DNA of 64,000 nt from Camelus dromedarius (taxonomy: Eukaryota). The DNA is taken from positions 99,202,001 through 99,266,000 of the forward strand of contig NC_087472.1 in assembly GCF_036321535.1 (NCBI RefSeq). The letters run 5' to 3'. The translations under genes were made by a program, and so were the position numbers. Below the pieces are notes generated by a model. The model searched no databases and was not told where the DNA came from. It worked only from the letters and a program-made list of their open reading frames with translations. Positions within the stretch are counted from its first letter, which is position 1; each line of letters starts with the position of its first letter. Below are positions 51,620 through 63,885 of the stretch, piece by piece.

Positions 51620-53500
51620 CTGCAGAGCAATAGCAGACTAGGTTGTTTCAGACCAACAATCCTGCTGAGAATAATTAGAAAAACTTGGGCAATAAACGAT
51701 TTTTTAAAAAAAATCTTAGATTGAATGAATCAAAGAACTACCAAGGCACTGAGAATTTTCAGAAGATCTTCTGATCGAGAAGAAGATGGAAGCCAAGACC
51801 CTTGAGACAGGCATCTGGGAATACTTTTATCACTAAGGGGATTGCCAATTACAAAAGTGAAGGCAGCAGCTGAGAGGCTGAAAAGCTAAGCATAACAGAG
51901 CATACGGGGACAAAAACTGGCGTTCAGACTGCCCAGAAGGGGCCCTGGTAAATATCTCGAGCTGTCAGTCAGGACTACAAAGGGCTGTGCTCTGGGAGGA
52001 AGGGTGAACTGGAAATAAAACAGCCCTCAGAAGGATTAAAACACAGCTTTATGTCATCTCAATTCCTGCCTGGAAAAAGGTGATCATCCTCAAACCTAGT
52101 TACCCAACAAATGCAAAAGTAAATCCTCTCTGGAGAAAGTTTGAATTATATAAAACATCATAACATCTATAAAATTTTAAGTGCAAATATCTGGCACTCA
52201 GCCAAAAATTATCAGACATTTAAGGAGGTGAGATGTAACTGAAAACCATAATTTTTAAAAAAGCAAACAAACCAAAAAAAAAGACCCACAATAAAGCCAT
52301 AGAACGGCGTTTTAAGACATAGATTTTTAAAAGGCCCAGATAATATGTTCAAGAAATTGAATAACAAGTGGAGAATTTTTTCAGACAACTGGAAACTAGA
52401 GATAAGAAACTGCACTACGCTATCCGTAAATTACTTAGACTATGTTAGAATTAAGATCTTCTGCATCATTAAAAGAGTGAAAAGAAATCCACCTACTAGG
52501 AGAAAATATTTTTTAACACATATAAATGGTAAACGATTTATACCCAGAGTATATTTTTAAAAGAAGAAGAAGCAAGGAAGAAACAAGGCAAGAGGGGACG
52601 GAGGTGTCGGAAAAAGAGGGAAAGAAAGAAAGAAGACTTCTACAAATCCATTTTTAAAAATCCAGTGGAAAATGAGCCATAAGACTTGAATAAGCATTTC
52701 CAAAATGTGGACATCGAAACAATCAATAGACATAAGAATGTGCTCAATCTTATTGGTCACCAAGAAAATGCAAATTAAGACCACAGTGGGATATGACTAC
52801 ATACCTAATAAAAAGGCTAAAATTTAAAAGGCTAATAATATCAAGTATTGGCGGTGATGTGAGTACCTGAAACTCTCACACACTGCTGGTGGGAATATAA
52901 ATTGGTACAACCACTTTGGGAAACTGGCATCTACAGTTGCTGAATATATGTATTCCCTACAACCTAGAACTCTCACTCTTAGGTACATAATCAACAGAAG
53001 TGAGCTTACATGCGCAGGAAAAAACATCTCAGGAACATTTACAGCAGCACTGTTTTTAGTAACCCCAAACTGGAAATTACCCAAGTATTCATCACTGTTA
53101 GAAGGATAAGTAAAGTGTAGCATGCTCATACAGTGGAACACTATACAGCAATAGAACTTCATCTACTCACAGTGACGTGGATGAATCTCACATACGTATG
53201 TTGAATGAAATAAACAGACAAAAGAATATGTATAGTTTGATTCCATTTATCGAAAGTTCAAGAACAGAAGAAACAATGTATGGTTTTAAAAGTTAGGATA
53301 TTCACTATCTTGACAAGAGGAGTAAGTGACTGGAAACTCAAGTGAGGGGCCCTTTTTGGGTATTGGTAAAGTCTGTTTCTTGATCTAGTTGGTGATTACA
53401 CTTGGGTCTGTTTACTCTGAAAATTCATCAAGCTGTGTACTTATGATTTGTGCATTTTTTAAATGTTATGGTTTAATTAAAAAGTTAATTTAAAAAACAC
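51620..53500 (+). mobile_element. Old L1 (L1MC/MD-like) fragments
   Basis: aaatgcaaattaagaccac, ctggtgggaatataaattggtacaaccacttt, and a 3' UTR ending with an A-rich tail. Confidence 0.75.
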
Positions 53501-54828
53501 ATTTACAAGCACAGCAGCAATAAGATTAAAATAATCAACAAGTTTAGAAATTCTTGGAATTTAAAAAAGTATAAGAGGTGTCAATATTAGCATTTAATGC
53601 ATAAATAAGTCACTGCTTTTATGCATTTTTGCTTTCTTTTCTTTATTGATTTATGAATTTAATTTCACTTCAAGTACTAAAGTAATTTAAAGATAGCTTC
53701 GTGTTCTCAAATTTGCACCCAGAATGTTGAGCGTGAGGGCATATTAAAAACCCACAAATAGTAGATCTGTCTAAACTTGTTGGAATTCTGAGTTTAAAGC
53801 AATTTTCTCAGAAGCCAAGCTTAAAATATGTAAGAAATCTATTTCAACAACCTTGAGTTTGAAATTTAAATTAGGAGTGTTGAAGCACAAAATTAAAAAG
53901 TAAATAATAAATCTTTCAGACTTCTGATTCAAGATAATTGAGTGAACACAGACATTTACCTCTCCTTCTTACAAAAACCATTGAAAAAGAAATATAAAAA
54001 TAATCATTCCACAGTCTATTGGGAGTCTGTGATAGATGTCAGCAGTAGACCAGAAAAGAAAGAAATACCTTGCAGTTATAAATTCAATCGGATCAGACTG
54101 ACAGTGACACCCAAAAGAGCTGGGAAGCATAGGAAAATCCTAATCTTTTAGAGTACAGGCAAAAGCAAGGACTTTTCAAGGAGACTTTTCCCAGTAAAAG
54201 CTCTGCGTAACAACAAAGTCAAAGGCAATGGGGCCAAGAGAAGTTGGCAGTGGCCAGTGGTGCATATCTGCATCGCCCCCTTCTCCCCACATACAATGTG
54301 ATAAGCATCTTCAAATGTGGCTGCCTTACAGACCTCAATGAGAATTCTCTGGGATATAGAACCAAAAGTGGAATTTCTGGATTAGTATACACAGTTTTTT
54401 AATTTGGCTAAAAGCTGCCATATTGCTCTCCAGAATGGTTGCAACAACCTACACCTCCACACTCCCTCCAGCAATGTATAATGGTTCCTATTTCCCCAAA
54501 GGCTTAATGTTCTCCACCTCACTAGTGTCTGCCAACATGGTAGGAGCAAAATGATATCTCTTGTCTTAAATTGCATTTCTCTAATTACTAATGATTTAGA
54601 GCGTATCTTCATATACCTGACCTAGTCATTTGCTTTCCTCCTGTGTGAATTGCTACTTCTTTTCCTTTTGCTCATTATTCTAGTAGAGCATCATTTTCTT
54701 ACTTATTTCCTAGAATTTCTTGTTAGTTTAACATTGTAAGTATTTTCTCCCAGTCTGTCACCTGACTGTTTACTTTGTCCATATTTTCTTCATTGGACAG
54801 AAATCCTTCATTTTTATATAATCAAATT

Positions 54829-54905
54829 CTATTATTATTATTATTGTTGTTGTTGTTGTTGTTGTTATTATTATTATTACTACTACTACTACTACTACTA
54901 CTATT
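54829..54905. repeat. Compound trinucleotide repeat (TAT)n(TGT)n(TAT)n(TAC)n
   Basis: Direct observation. Confidence 0.95.
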
Positions 54906-55651
54906 GCTTGGGGGCTTTATTTAAGAAGTTTCGTTTCCTTTGGCCACAAACAAATCTATAGCATTATCTTCTATTAATTTTATAGCTTGAGCTTACATTT
55001 AGTTCGTTAATACATCTGGAGTCCACTTTGAACATGATATTAAGTAGGGTCCCAGTTTCCTTTTTCTCCATAAAGTGAGCTGATTTTCCCAATACCATCT
55101 GCTAAACAGTCCTTCCTTTTTCCATTGATTCCTGGTGCCACTTTCACCATATATTAAATTCTCGTGTATACAAAGTTCATCTCTGAATTGTCTGTTCCAT
55201 TCCATTGATCTGTTTGTTCTCATACCACCAGTACCACATATATTTTTCTTGCTATAGCATTGCACTGTGTCTTAATATCTGAATAGGTAACTCTCCTTTT
55301 TGTTCTTCCTCTTCAAAATTGATTTAGGTAGTTGCAAAACGTTATTCTTCCATATTAATTTTAGACTAAAGTTATTGAGTGTCTCAAAAAATCCAGATTA
55401 ATTCTGAATTTGGGTTACATTTTTATAATTAATGAATATAAACAATTATTTCACATCAATAAAATTGTTGATTTCAATTAATTTAGATGTGACAGAACAT
55501 TTTAATAAAATTTAGTCATTCAATCTAAGAGCAAGGAATGTCTCCTCATTTATTCTGATTGTCTTTTCTGTCCTTTAGTAGGGCTTTAAAATTTTTTTCC
55601 CATATGGATGTAATATATTTTGGGTTATGTTAATTCCTGTATACATTAAAG

Positions 55652-55865
55652 CAGGGGTCAGCAATTTTTTTCTGTAAAAGGCCAGATAGTAAATATTTTA
55701 AACATATAGTCTCTGTTCAAACTACTCAACTCTGCCATTGTTGAATGAAAGCAGCCAAAGATTGCGTTTATATTTAAAGGGTGTATCTGTGCACCAATAA
55801 AATTTTATTTACAAAAACAGGTGGTTGGTTGGATTACCCCATAGGCCATAGTTTGCCAACCTTGG
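55652..55865 (+). mobile_element. MER58A MITE
   Basis: caggggtcagcaa...ctgtaaaaggccagatagtaaatatttt...ggccatagtttgccaacc. Confidence 0.85.
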
Positions 55866-57332
55866 CCTTACAGGGTTTTTTTTTTTTTTTATTTGTTTGT
55901 TTTTTGGTTGGTTTTTTTGTGCATTTTTAGTGTTTTATTATTGACTTTTGGTTTGATTTTGATGTTATAAATGGTATCTTTGTAACATCATTTCTAGGCA
56001 CTTATTGCTAGTGTAGAGAAGTGCTATTAATTTGATAAGTTGATCTTGTGTTTGGCAAGCTTGTTTCTTGATTCTATTGGTTTTTCTAGGTAGATATTTA
56101 TAGCATTTACAGATAATGATAGCTTTATTGCTTACCTTGCAATTTTTATAAACTTGGTTTTTCTTCCTTATATCTTTGTAGATCCCAGTACTGCATTCAA
56201 CAGTAACCATAATGGAGGCATTCTTGCCTTGTTCCTGATCTTAAAAGTTTCTCCAAGATTTTTCAATTAAATACAATATTTGCTCTAAGAATTTAGTATA
56301 AAATCTTTCCCATAATAAAGAAAATTCTTTTTTATTCCTAGTTTGTGAAGACTTACATCATAAAAAGATTTTAAATTATCAAATGCATTTTCTGCATCAA
56401 TTGAGAGAATAACATTCTTTTCCTCCATTAATATTTTGATATCTATATTCACAACTGAGATAGACCTATAAATAAATTTTCTTTTCATGGACATTGTCCA
56501 TGTCGAGTTTTGGAAACCAGAGCTCATTAGCCTTATAACACAAAATGGACATATTTTTTTATCTTCCAGAACAACTTATCTAAGATCAAATTAACTATTC
56601 CTTTAAGAGTTGGTAGAAGTTTCTATAAAAATATATAGTCTTGGAAAGTGAAAAAGAGTTTTTAATTGCCATAATTTTTTTAATACTTCCTGTTCTTTTT
56701 CACCAACTTCTTAGGTGCATTTTAGCATTAAAATTTTTTTCCAGAAAGAATCTAGTCATCTAGGTTTTCAAACCTAATTACTTATAGTTATTCATTGTAC
56801 TCTTTTATTATTTTTTGTCCCTATTCTATACATAGTTTTAAAACTTCTTGACTTGAAAGTGTAGCTTATTTCAACGTTTCTTATTTCTTGATATATGCAT
56901 TAGAAGCTATAAATTAAACACTATAAAAGCTATGTGAGGACATTACTCTGTGTCCCACAAAATTTGGCAAGTAGTGTTTTTATTGTAGTTCACTTGAATT
57001 TTATTTTAATGCTTTACTTATTAACCAAAGGAGGTTTTAGTATGCTCTTCATTGTCTAGTCTCACAGGAATTTTTAGCAATTCTTTAATTTTATGTTCTC
57101 ATTTTATTATATTATTGTAGGATAACCCAGGTTTTTAATATTGATATTTATTGAGACTTCCTTTGTGGCCTATTACATTGTCAGTTTTTGAAAATGTGCT
57201 CAAAAAGAATGTGTTGAGTTGGATTTAATTAATATCTAATGGCTGAAGATTATTACTTTGTATTTTCAGACCTCTCATGTCTCAATTTGATTTTGATTGC
57301 TTGCTCTATCAAGTTTAGATAGGGGTGGATTT

Positions 57333-57423
57333 GGGGGAGGGCATAGCTCAGTGGTAGAGTGTGTGCTTAGCATGCATGAGGTCCTGGGTTCGATCCCCAG
57401 TTCTTCTATCAAAAAAAAAAAAA
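57333..57423 (+). mobile_element. Camelid Vic-1-type SINE (short form) inserted in an old L1
   Basis: gggggagggcatagctcagtggtagag...gggttcgatccccag plus poly(A). Perfect TSD tagataggggtggattt at 57,316-57,332 and 57,432-57,448. Confidence 0.9.
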
Positions 57424-59299
57424 GAGGTATCTAGATAGGGGTGGATTTAAACATCTAAGTAAATTATTGTTGAATAATTTATTTTCCCCAATATTATGAG
57501 GAGTTGCTTTATACATTTTGAAGCTATATTGTTAAAGACATGTGTATTCATAATTCCTTTTTCATTCTGATTCTATTACAACTTCGGCATGTATACGAAG
57601 ACCTTTTTATCCCTTATACTTTTTGCTTTAACTATATTTTATCAGCTATTAAGATGCTGCCCCAGATTCTGTTGGCTCATATCTACTTGGTATATATTTT
57701 CATCTTTTTCATTTTTATTTTTCTGCATCCTTTTGTTTCATTTGTTTTAAGTAGATCATATATTGTTCAATCTTAGTTTAAAGTTCAGTTTAATGTTCTC
57801 TGGCTTTTAATAGAAACTTTAGAACACGTATTTATTATTTACTTTCATATTAAAACTTATTTCTGCTCATATTTTATATTACCCATTTATTGCCTTTCTA
57901 TTCTTTTTCCTATTTCTCCTTCCCTATTAACCAATGTAAGTTAGTGTCACTGTTAACACATCCCTTAATGAATTGTTTGGCCAAACAGGTCATAAAGTGG
58001 GTTTAAAAGATAGCTTCAGGGAATGTTTGATTCTTGACATGGTGGAAAACTCACACAGGCTTCTGGCTCTCCCAAAACCAACCATAGAGAAACTTCACAA
58101 GTGAGAGAAAGAGATGGAACCAAGGAATTAACAACAAGTTAAAATTCTTCAGATTGTGTTGGGAGGCCGTAGGCAGTCATGAATTTGTGCCCCTAGGAAT
58201 AGTAGGAGTCTGGGCCAGTGGACAGGCAAACAAAGCAGAAATTAGATAGACTGAGGCAGAGCCTTTAAGTTCTTCTCTTGCCCTTTCCCCACATTCTCTC
58301 AATAGATCACGTCCCTTCACATAGAAAAGGTAGAAACAGCCTAGAATGCCAGTGTCAGTGGAGTTCTCTCAAGGTAGCACAAAAGCATCCTTGCATAAGG
58401 AGTTGATAAACCAGTATGGATTGTTCAGGGCCACGTGGGAAGTCACTTCTCCCCTCTTTCTCTTTAAATTTCCAGAGCTGGTAGATTACAATTTAAGGAG
58501 ACCACCACCTCCCAGTGTGGCTTCTTTAAGTATTTAAAGAAAGAACTTAGAAGGTTTAGAAGAGTTGTCTGTGGTATAGCAGCAAATGGAAGTGGTTCTG
58601 TGGTTTCTGAGGAATTTCAGACTTGGGTTCATCCGCTCTTCTCTCTTAAAATCATCAGAGAGACACAAACAACCTGAGCCTGGGCTTCATCCATTCCAGA
58701 TTTACATTACTAGAGAGAGTAGCTGGTACCCAAGGAACATGACCATGCTGGCCAAAAGAATTTTATCTCTGAGTAATACAGCATCTACAAAAGAAAGCAA
58801 ATTAAACAATGTATACCACATAAAGCAGAGTTACTGGAACAGGTAGATGAGTTTGAGAAGAGACCAGGACTAGGAGAAAGAGAGAGGGCTATAGAAGAAA
58901 GGGATGGTAGGGTATGAAAACAGAGAGAGCATGCAAGGGAACCCGGGGTGGATACCTTCCTTCTGATGATATGGGGCGGGGAGTTGAAAGCAGACACAAT
59001 ACTGGTAGACTCCGGACTGTTCCATACACACCTTTGTGCAAAGTATACTAGATATCTTGTTGCTCTAAGTTCCTTACCCTGATGATTACAGGAACCCTCT
59101 GGCCCACACCCCACCTCAAAAGCCCCTGGACATAAAGAAAAACCTGCCACCACCTCCACCCTAAAATGTATGCTCTCATCTCGGTTTTTTCACCTACATT
59201 GAAACCCACAAAACCAGAAGTTCATTACTAACTGCTGAACATTGAATCCTAAGCTGTCTAAATTGGTGAATTTGCCATGCTTTTGCTTTATTTATACAG

Positions 59300-60080
59300 T
59301 GTTCTTTTGTACTGAAGCATAGTCGACTTACAATATTGTGTTAATTTCTGGTGTACAGCATATTGATTCAGTTGTACATATATATTGATTTTCATATTCT
59401 TTTTCATTATTGGTTGTTACAAGGTATTGAATATAGTTCCCTGTGCTATACAGTAGGTCCTTGTCATTTATCTATTTTATATGTAGTAGTGTGTATCTGC
59501 AGATCTTGAACTCTCAATTTATCCCTCCACTCCCCTGTTTCACCACTGGTAACCATAAGTTTGTTTTACATGTCTGTGAGTCTGTTTCTGTTTTATAAAT
59601 AAGTTCATTTGTGTCATTTTTTTTAGATTCTATGTATAAGTGATATCATATGGCATTTTTCTTTCTCTTTCTGTCATACTTCACTTAGTATGACAGTCTC
59701 CAGGTCCATCCATGTTGCTGCAAATGGCATTTTTATTCTTTTTATGGCTGAGTAGTATTCCATTAATATATATATACCACAACTTCTTTATCCATTCATC
59801 TATTGATAGATACTTAGCTTGTTTCCATGTCTTGACTATTGTAAATAGTGCTGCTGTGAACATTTGTGTGCACATATCTTTTCAAATTAGAGTTTCCTCT
59901 GCATATATGCCAAGGTGTGGGATTCCTGGGTCATATGGTAAGTCTATTCCTAGTCTTTTGAGGAATCTCCATACTGTTTTCCACAGTGGCTGCACCAAAC
60001 TGCATTCCCACCAACAATGTAGGAGGGTTCCTTTTTCTCCACACCCTCTCCAGCATTTATCATTTGTGGTCTTTTTAATA
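59300..60080 (-). mobile_element. Relatively young L1 3' end (antisense)
   Basis: Antisense ORF2 C-terminus [18 protein letters not shown]...WIKKLW and an artiodactyl-type 3' UTR. Confidence 0.9.
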
Positions 60081-60314
60081 CAATGCTTTTTAAATAACTA
60101 TTCATCAGAACACACAACTGTCCCATTCATTAGCATTTGAGACCGCAGAGTGACAATAAGCTATCTTGAAAGATGGCTTTCAAAATTATAGTTCCTTAAA
60201 TTTGTGGCTCTGACTAACAACAAAATCCAAACTTACACATTAGGGCACGCGTCTAGTAAGCTTTGGAAGTTTCAAGAAAGAGTCAAGAGTCAATTAAAAT
60301 CTCTCCTACTTTAC

Positions 60315-60448
60315 CTCAAAAGAATAAATCAATGTGAGTTCATAAGTGTTTCCAAATCAGCTGACGTTTCCCTATTTTGGGATTGGAAGAGCAGCTGCCT
60401 TCCGTCAGCACTGATGCCTTGGCCTAGTGGCTATCAAGGTTGCACTTT
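60315..60448 (-). pseudogene. Fossil exon, end of beta-barrel
   Basis: Acceptor ttccttcccattctttcacactcag and donor AG|gtaaag. One frame reads NLDSH*AKASVLTE vs MTTP KIEDSFVIAVLAE. Confidence 0.6.
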
Positions 60449-60596
60449 CTGAGTGTGAAAGAATGGGAAGGAAATGAGAAGGCAGTGTCAATTAACTGCT
60501 CGCACTTGCAGATTAACTCTCACTACACTTGCAGGGCTCCTCTGCCCTCTCCAATGGCTTCCAGAATTTTTGCTGAGACTCATTCTGCCTTCAAGG

Positions 60597-60597
<1 letters not shown>

Positions 60598-60630
<33 letters not shown>
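60598..60630. repeat. (GT)n microsatellite
   Basis: Direct observation. Confidence 0.95.
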
Positions 60631-60635
<5 letters not shown>

Positions 60636-61053
60636 AGAAAGGTGAAAGGAACAGTCAATTCTGAGGGAACCTCCATGCCCCCAAAATTAATGTCCAGAAA
60701 CCTAAGAAATCGATGCAGCAGTCTACAGGCTCACTCAGGACACCGTTCTTTTCCTTCTGCTGCTCCTACAGGCTGACTGCAAAAGCAGCCAGAGTTAGAG
60801 CTGCACTTCCAAGTGGAAAAATATTCTACTAGAGAATCACAATAGCATCCCAAATTGGAATCGGTTAAAAGAATTACGGGTTTTAGAAAAATCTGTACTT
60901 GTCTACATTTTTTTCAGCATAAATATTTAGTAACCTAGAGTTGGGAAAGACTCTTCTACGTGTCACTTTGAAAAGAATCAACCAGTTTATTTTCAGAGCA
61001 AAGTCAAAAGAAAAAGGAAAAGAAAAAAAAAAGATTTTTAAAAAAATTCTTAC

Positions 61054-61306
61054 CTATAGGTCCCCACAGTCTTAAAGCATACCTTCACGTGCATTATTTA
61101 TGATATAAAATTTTTCCATCAAGGACTGTTTTTACTTTCAGAGGGAGGATGAGTGCTGGCTTCAGTTTAATGTAGACTTTTCTCTCCAATTATAGCTAAC
61201 TTGTGGAGATTCTGTCCAATGGCTGAGCTGACATGCTGACTCATTTCACCAACGGTGTCTTAAGCCAGCACCATTTCCCACTATGACTGAGGCCCTGGAG
61301 TTGGTC
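61054..61306 (-). pseudogene. Fossil exon (frameshifted), beta-barrel
   Basis: Strong donor AG|gtaaga at 61,053. Fragments QVSYNW / KVYIKLK / NAREGM vs MTTP KVTYQAHQDKVIKIK...IARSGF. Acceptor uncertain. Confidence 0.5.
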
Positions 61307-61324
61307 CTTAAATAAGCTGCACGT

Positions 61325-61388
61325 TCTCTCTCTCTCTCTTTCTCACTCTCTGTCTCTCTGTCTCTCTGTCTCTCTGTCTCTCTCTCTC
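61325..61388. repeat. (CT)n/(CTCTGT)n microsatellite
   Basis: Direct observation. Confidence 0.9.
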
Positions 61389-61989
61389 CATGCCCTGAAC
61401 AGCCTGAGAGAATTCATCTATGGCACAGTAAGTTAACAAGGTAGTCAACCAAAGTTCAGAGCAAGTTTTCCCACTTACAGCTGGCAGTCGGCCACTCCAT
61501 TCTGCCAGCACTCAAAGTTGGCTTCTCAGAAAATCTATTCCAAAGCTGGCACGTTACCTCAGGAGAATTTAGTCAAAGCATTTGGTACATCAGATTGTCT
61601 CAAACACAAGGTTAAGAGCTCAAAATAGCCACTCTATTCCAAGACTGTCTTAAATTAAGGAACATAATTATTAAAAGACTCTGCTACAATTGGACATGAA
61701 AACCATACCCTTCTACGAGGTAGCTAGGCAAGACTGCTTTTCCTCCTGATAAATGAACAAATATCTAATGAGCATGCACACTGTTCTTCCGCTGCGGGAA
61801 TACAAAGAAAAACAAGACACAGTCATCCCCATCAAAGAGCTTAAAATTTAATTAGAGAAACAAGACATAAACACATAAAAACAAAACCATTTACAAAATT
61901 AGAATGCAAGGTTAAATTGCAGCAGCATTAATAACTCCATATGCTCAACGCCCCATTTGCAGAATGTGAAAAAGTTACCTGTGTTCCCT

Positions 61990-62620
61990 GTTTGTTGAAA
62001 CCTACATACGCACAGAAAAGTGCACATATCATAAGTATATAGTTTCAAGAATTCTTATAAACTGAACACACCGACGTAACCAACACCCAGATCAAGAATA
62101 ACAAAATTACTAGCATCCTGGAAGCCCCTCCTCTGCCCCTTTCCAGTCACTAGTCTCCACTGAGGGTAACCCTTATCCTGACTCATATCACCATATTATA
62201 CTTTTGTAGAGGAATCATGCCATATGTATTGTTTTGTGCCTGACTCCTTTTGCTCAACATTACGTTTGAGAGAGTTATGCATGTTGTCGTGCAGAGTTGT
62301 AGTTCATTCTCATTGCTATAGAGTATTCCATTGGCTAAATATAGCAAAATGCATTTATCCATTTCTCAGCTGATGGGCATCTGGATATGATGAGTGGTAT
62401 TGTCATGAGCATTCAAGTTCATGACTTTTGGTGAACAGGTATATTTCTGTTGAGACTATACCCATGGGTGGGGTCGCTGGGTTATAAGGTGGGCAAATGC
62501 TCAGCTTTAGCAGATACTGCAGAACAGATTTCCAAAATGGTTGTGCTATCTGACCCTCCCTCTAACAGTATATGAGTGTTTGGGCACCCCATATCCTTGC
62601 CAACATTTAGTATTTTCCAC
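61990..62620 (-). mobile_element. Old L1 3' UTR (L1ME/MC-like), antisense
   Basis: aaagtgcacatatcataagt...ccttttgctcaacatt...ccttgccaacattt. Confidence 0.8.
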
Positions 62621-62677
62621 AGGACAAGCTTTTGACAACACACAGACAGTGTAGAGCATGGCTTTGAGCAGAGGCTA

Positions 62678-62873
62678 ACAGGGATTTAAGGCACAGCCTC
62701 CAGATGACCGAGAGATCTCTCCCTTCATAGAGAGTACCCTAGATCTGTGGGGACTCAAGTCTGACCCCAGAAGCACCATTCCCCTCCTTACCCCCATACG
62801 CCATCTTGTACTGTCATCAAACACATGCACATACTCAATCTTCTCCATTGCAAAATAAGTAACTTTAGTTCTC
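62678..62873 (-). pseudogene. Fossil exon with the LLTP 'NIKRG' and 'E..SG.C' motifs
   Basis: Strong acceptor tttatttacttgctttag. Open frame RTKVTYFAMEKIEYVHVFDDSTRWRMGVRRGMVLLGSDLS...GEISRSSGGC vs MTTP [42 protein letters not shown]...EVDISGNC. 3' boundary uncertain. Confidence 0.75.
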
Positions 62874-63019
62874 CTAAAGCAAGTAAATAAATAAACCAGG
62901 AAATAAATATACATATCCTTTAACACAGAGACCAGGTAGAAGAACAAATTCTTCCTGGGTAAGACCAACTCTATCAAGAAAAGATACAGGGTTTATCTGT
63001 CCATTTTTCTATCCATCTA

Positions 63020-63250
63020 CCTAAACACATAGGTTTTTACTATGAATCAGACCCAGTTCTAAGCCCTTTACAAATATTAATTCATTCAACTCTTACAAGA
63101 CATATGAGATAAACATTTATTATAATTCTAATTTTACAGGTGAGGAAACTGAGGCACAGAGAAGTTGAGTTACTTGCCCAACCTCGTAGAGCTGGTAAGT
63201 GGCAAAGCAGAGATTCTGATCCAGACAGTCTGTGCTCTTGACCTCACATG
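63020..63250 (-). mobile_element. MIR SINE
   Basis: ttttacaggtgaggaaactgaggcacagagaagttgagttacttgccc core. Confidence 0.88.
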
Positions 63251-63567
63251 ATGCTGTCTTTCTTTTTCTGGAATACTCAGGCCTTGAATAACTGCTCATC
63301 TCAGCCAGTCTAATACGTTCCTTTTTACTTTCCCCTTAATATGCCAAGAAGTTTGCTTACTTCATTTGCCCAAATCTAAAGCAACCCCTTAGTTTTCCAG
63401 AGAGAAAATTTTGCACCCCCCACCACAAAATTGGAACCAATGTAAATAATAAACTTGTAGAGCCATAGTTTAAGTAGTTGAATATCTAATTAAAATACTG
63501 TACTTTAAAGATTTCACACATATGTATAAAATTACAAATTAAATAAAGCAATGTGTTGGTAAAGTAC

Positions 63568-63754
63568 TGCTTTTTCCCCCAAACTCATGGGTCACAAGAC
63601 AATTGATTCATCTTGGACAGTTTTCTATAGCTATGCCTCAGTGTCTTCACTGTCACTATAGTTATTTTTAACAGCATCAGCTTCGGTTCATTCTAAGCTA
63701 TTGACATACAGCATCTTTTGATTTCATATATGATGAGATTGTTGGGAATTCTAT
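63568..63754 (-). pseudogene. Fossil exon, LLTP beta-barrel
   Basis: Acceptor tttaatttcag. Reads IIYEIKRCCMSIA*NEPKLMLLKITIVTVK...DP*VWGKK vs MTTP VGYRIS...LLWRNP...QLIQITMKDV...PSKIMGKE. Two stops; phase-2 end fits the next exon. Confidence 0.7.
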
Positions 63755-63885
63755 CTGAAATTAAAGTACCCCTTTGCACACCTTTTTAGAAATTTATTTA
63801 TGCTATGAGTATTATAATCACCATCTCTTTAATGGAGCATCATAATATATTGCTCTATAAAGCAAAGACTAAAAGATTTGCTTAC

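Larger units (their letters stand above)
54330..57930 (-). mobile_element. Old L1 ORF2 region (antisense) with nested MER58A, SINE and microsatellite
   Basis: Antisense ORF2 peptides (LFSRWYWEN, VILSIDAENAFD). Confidence 0.8.

Noticed and set aside
61054..61320. First exon/promoter of a separate minus-strand gene (AP-1 site, AT-rich box, strong donor)
   Set aside because: Better explained as a collinear internal exon of the LLTP fossil; no CpG island or downstream intact CDS.
62792..62873. Short intact exon ending at GGG|gtaagg
   Set aside because: The LLTP motif (GVRRGM~NIKRGL) reads straight through the apparent donor, so the GT is probably coincidental.
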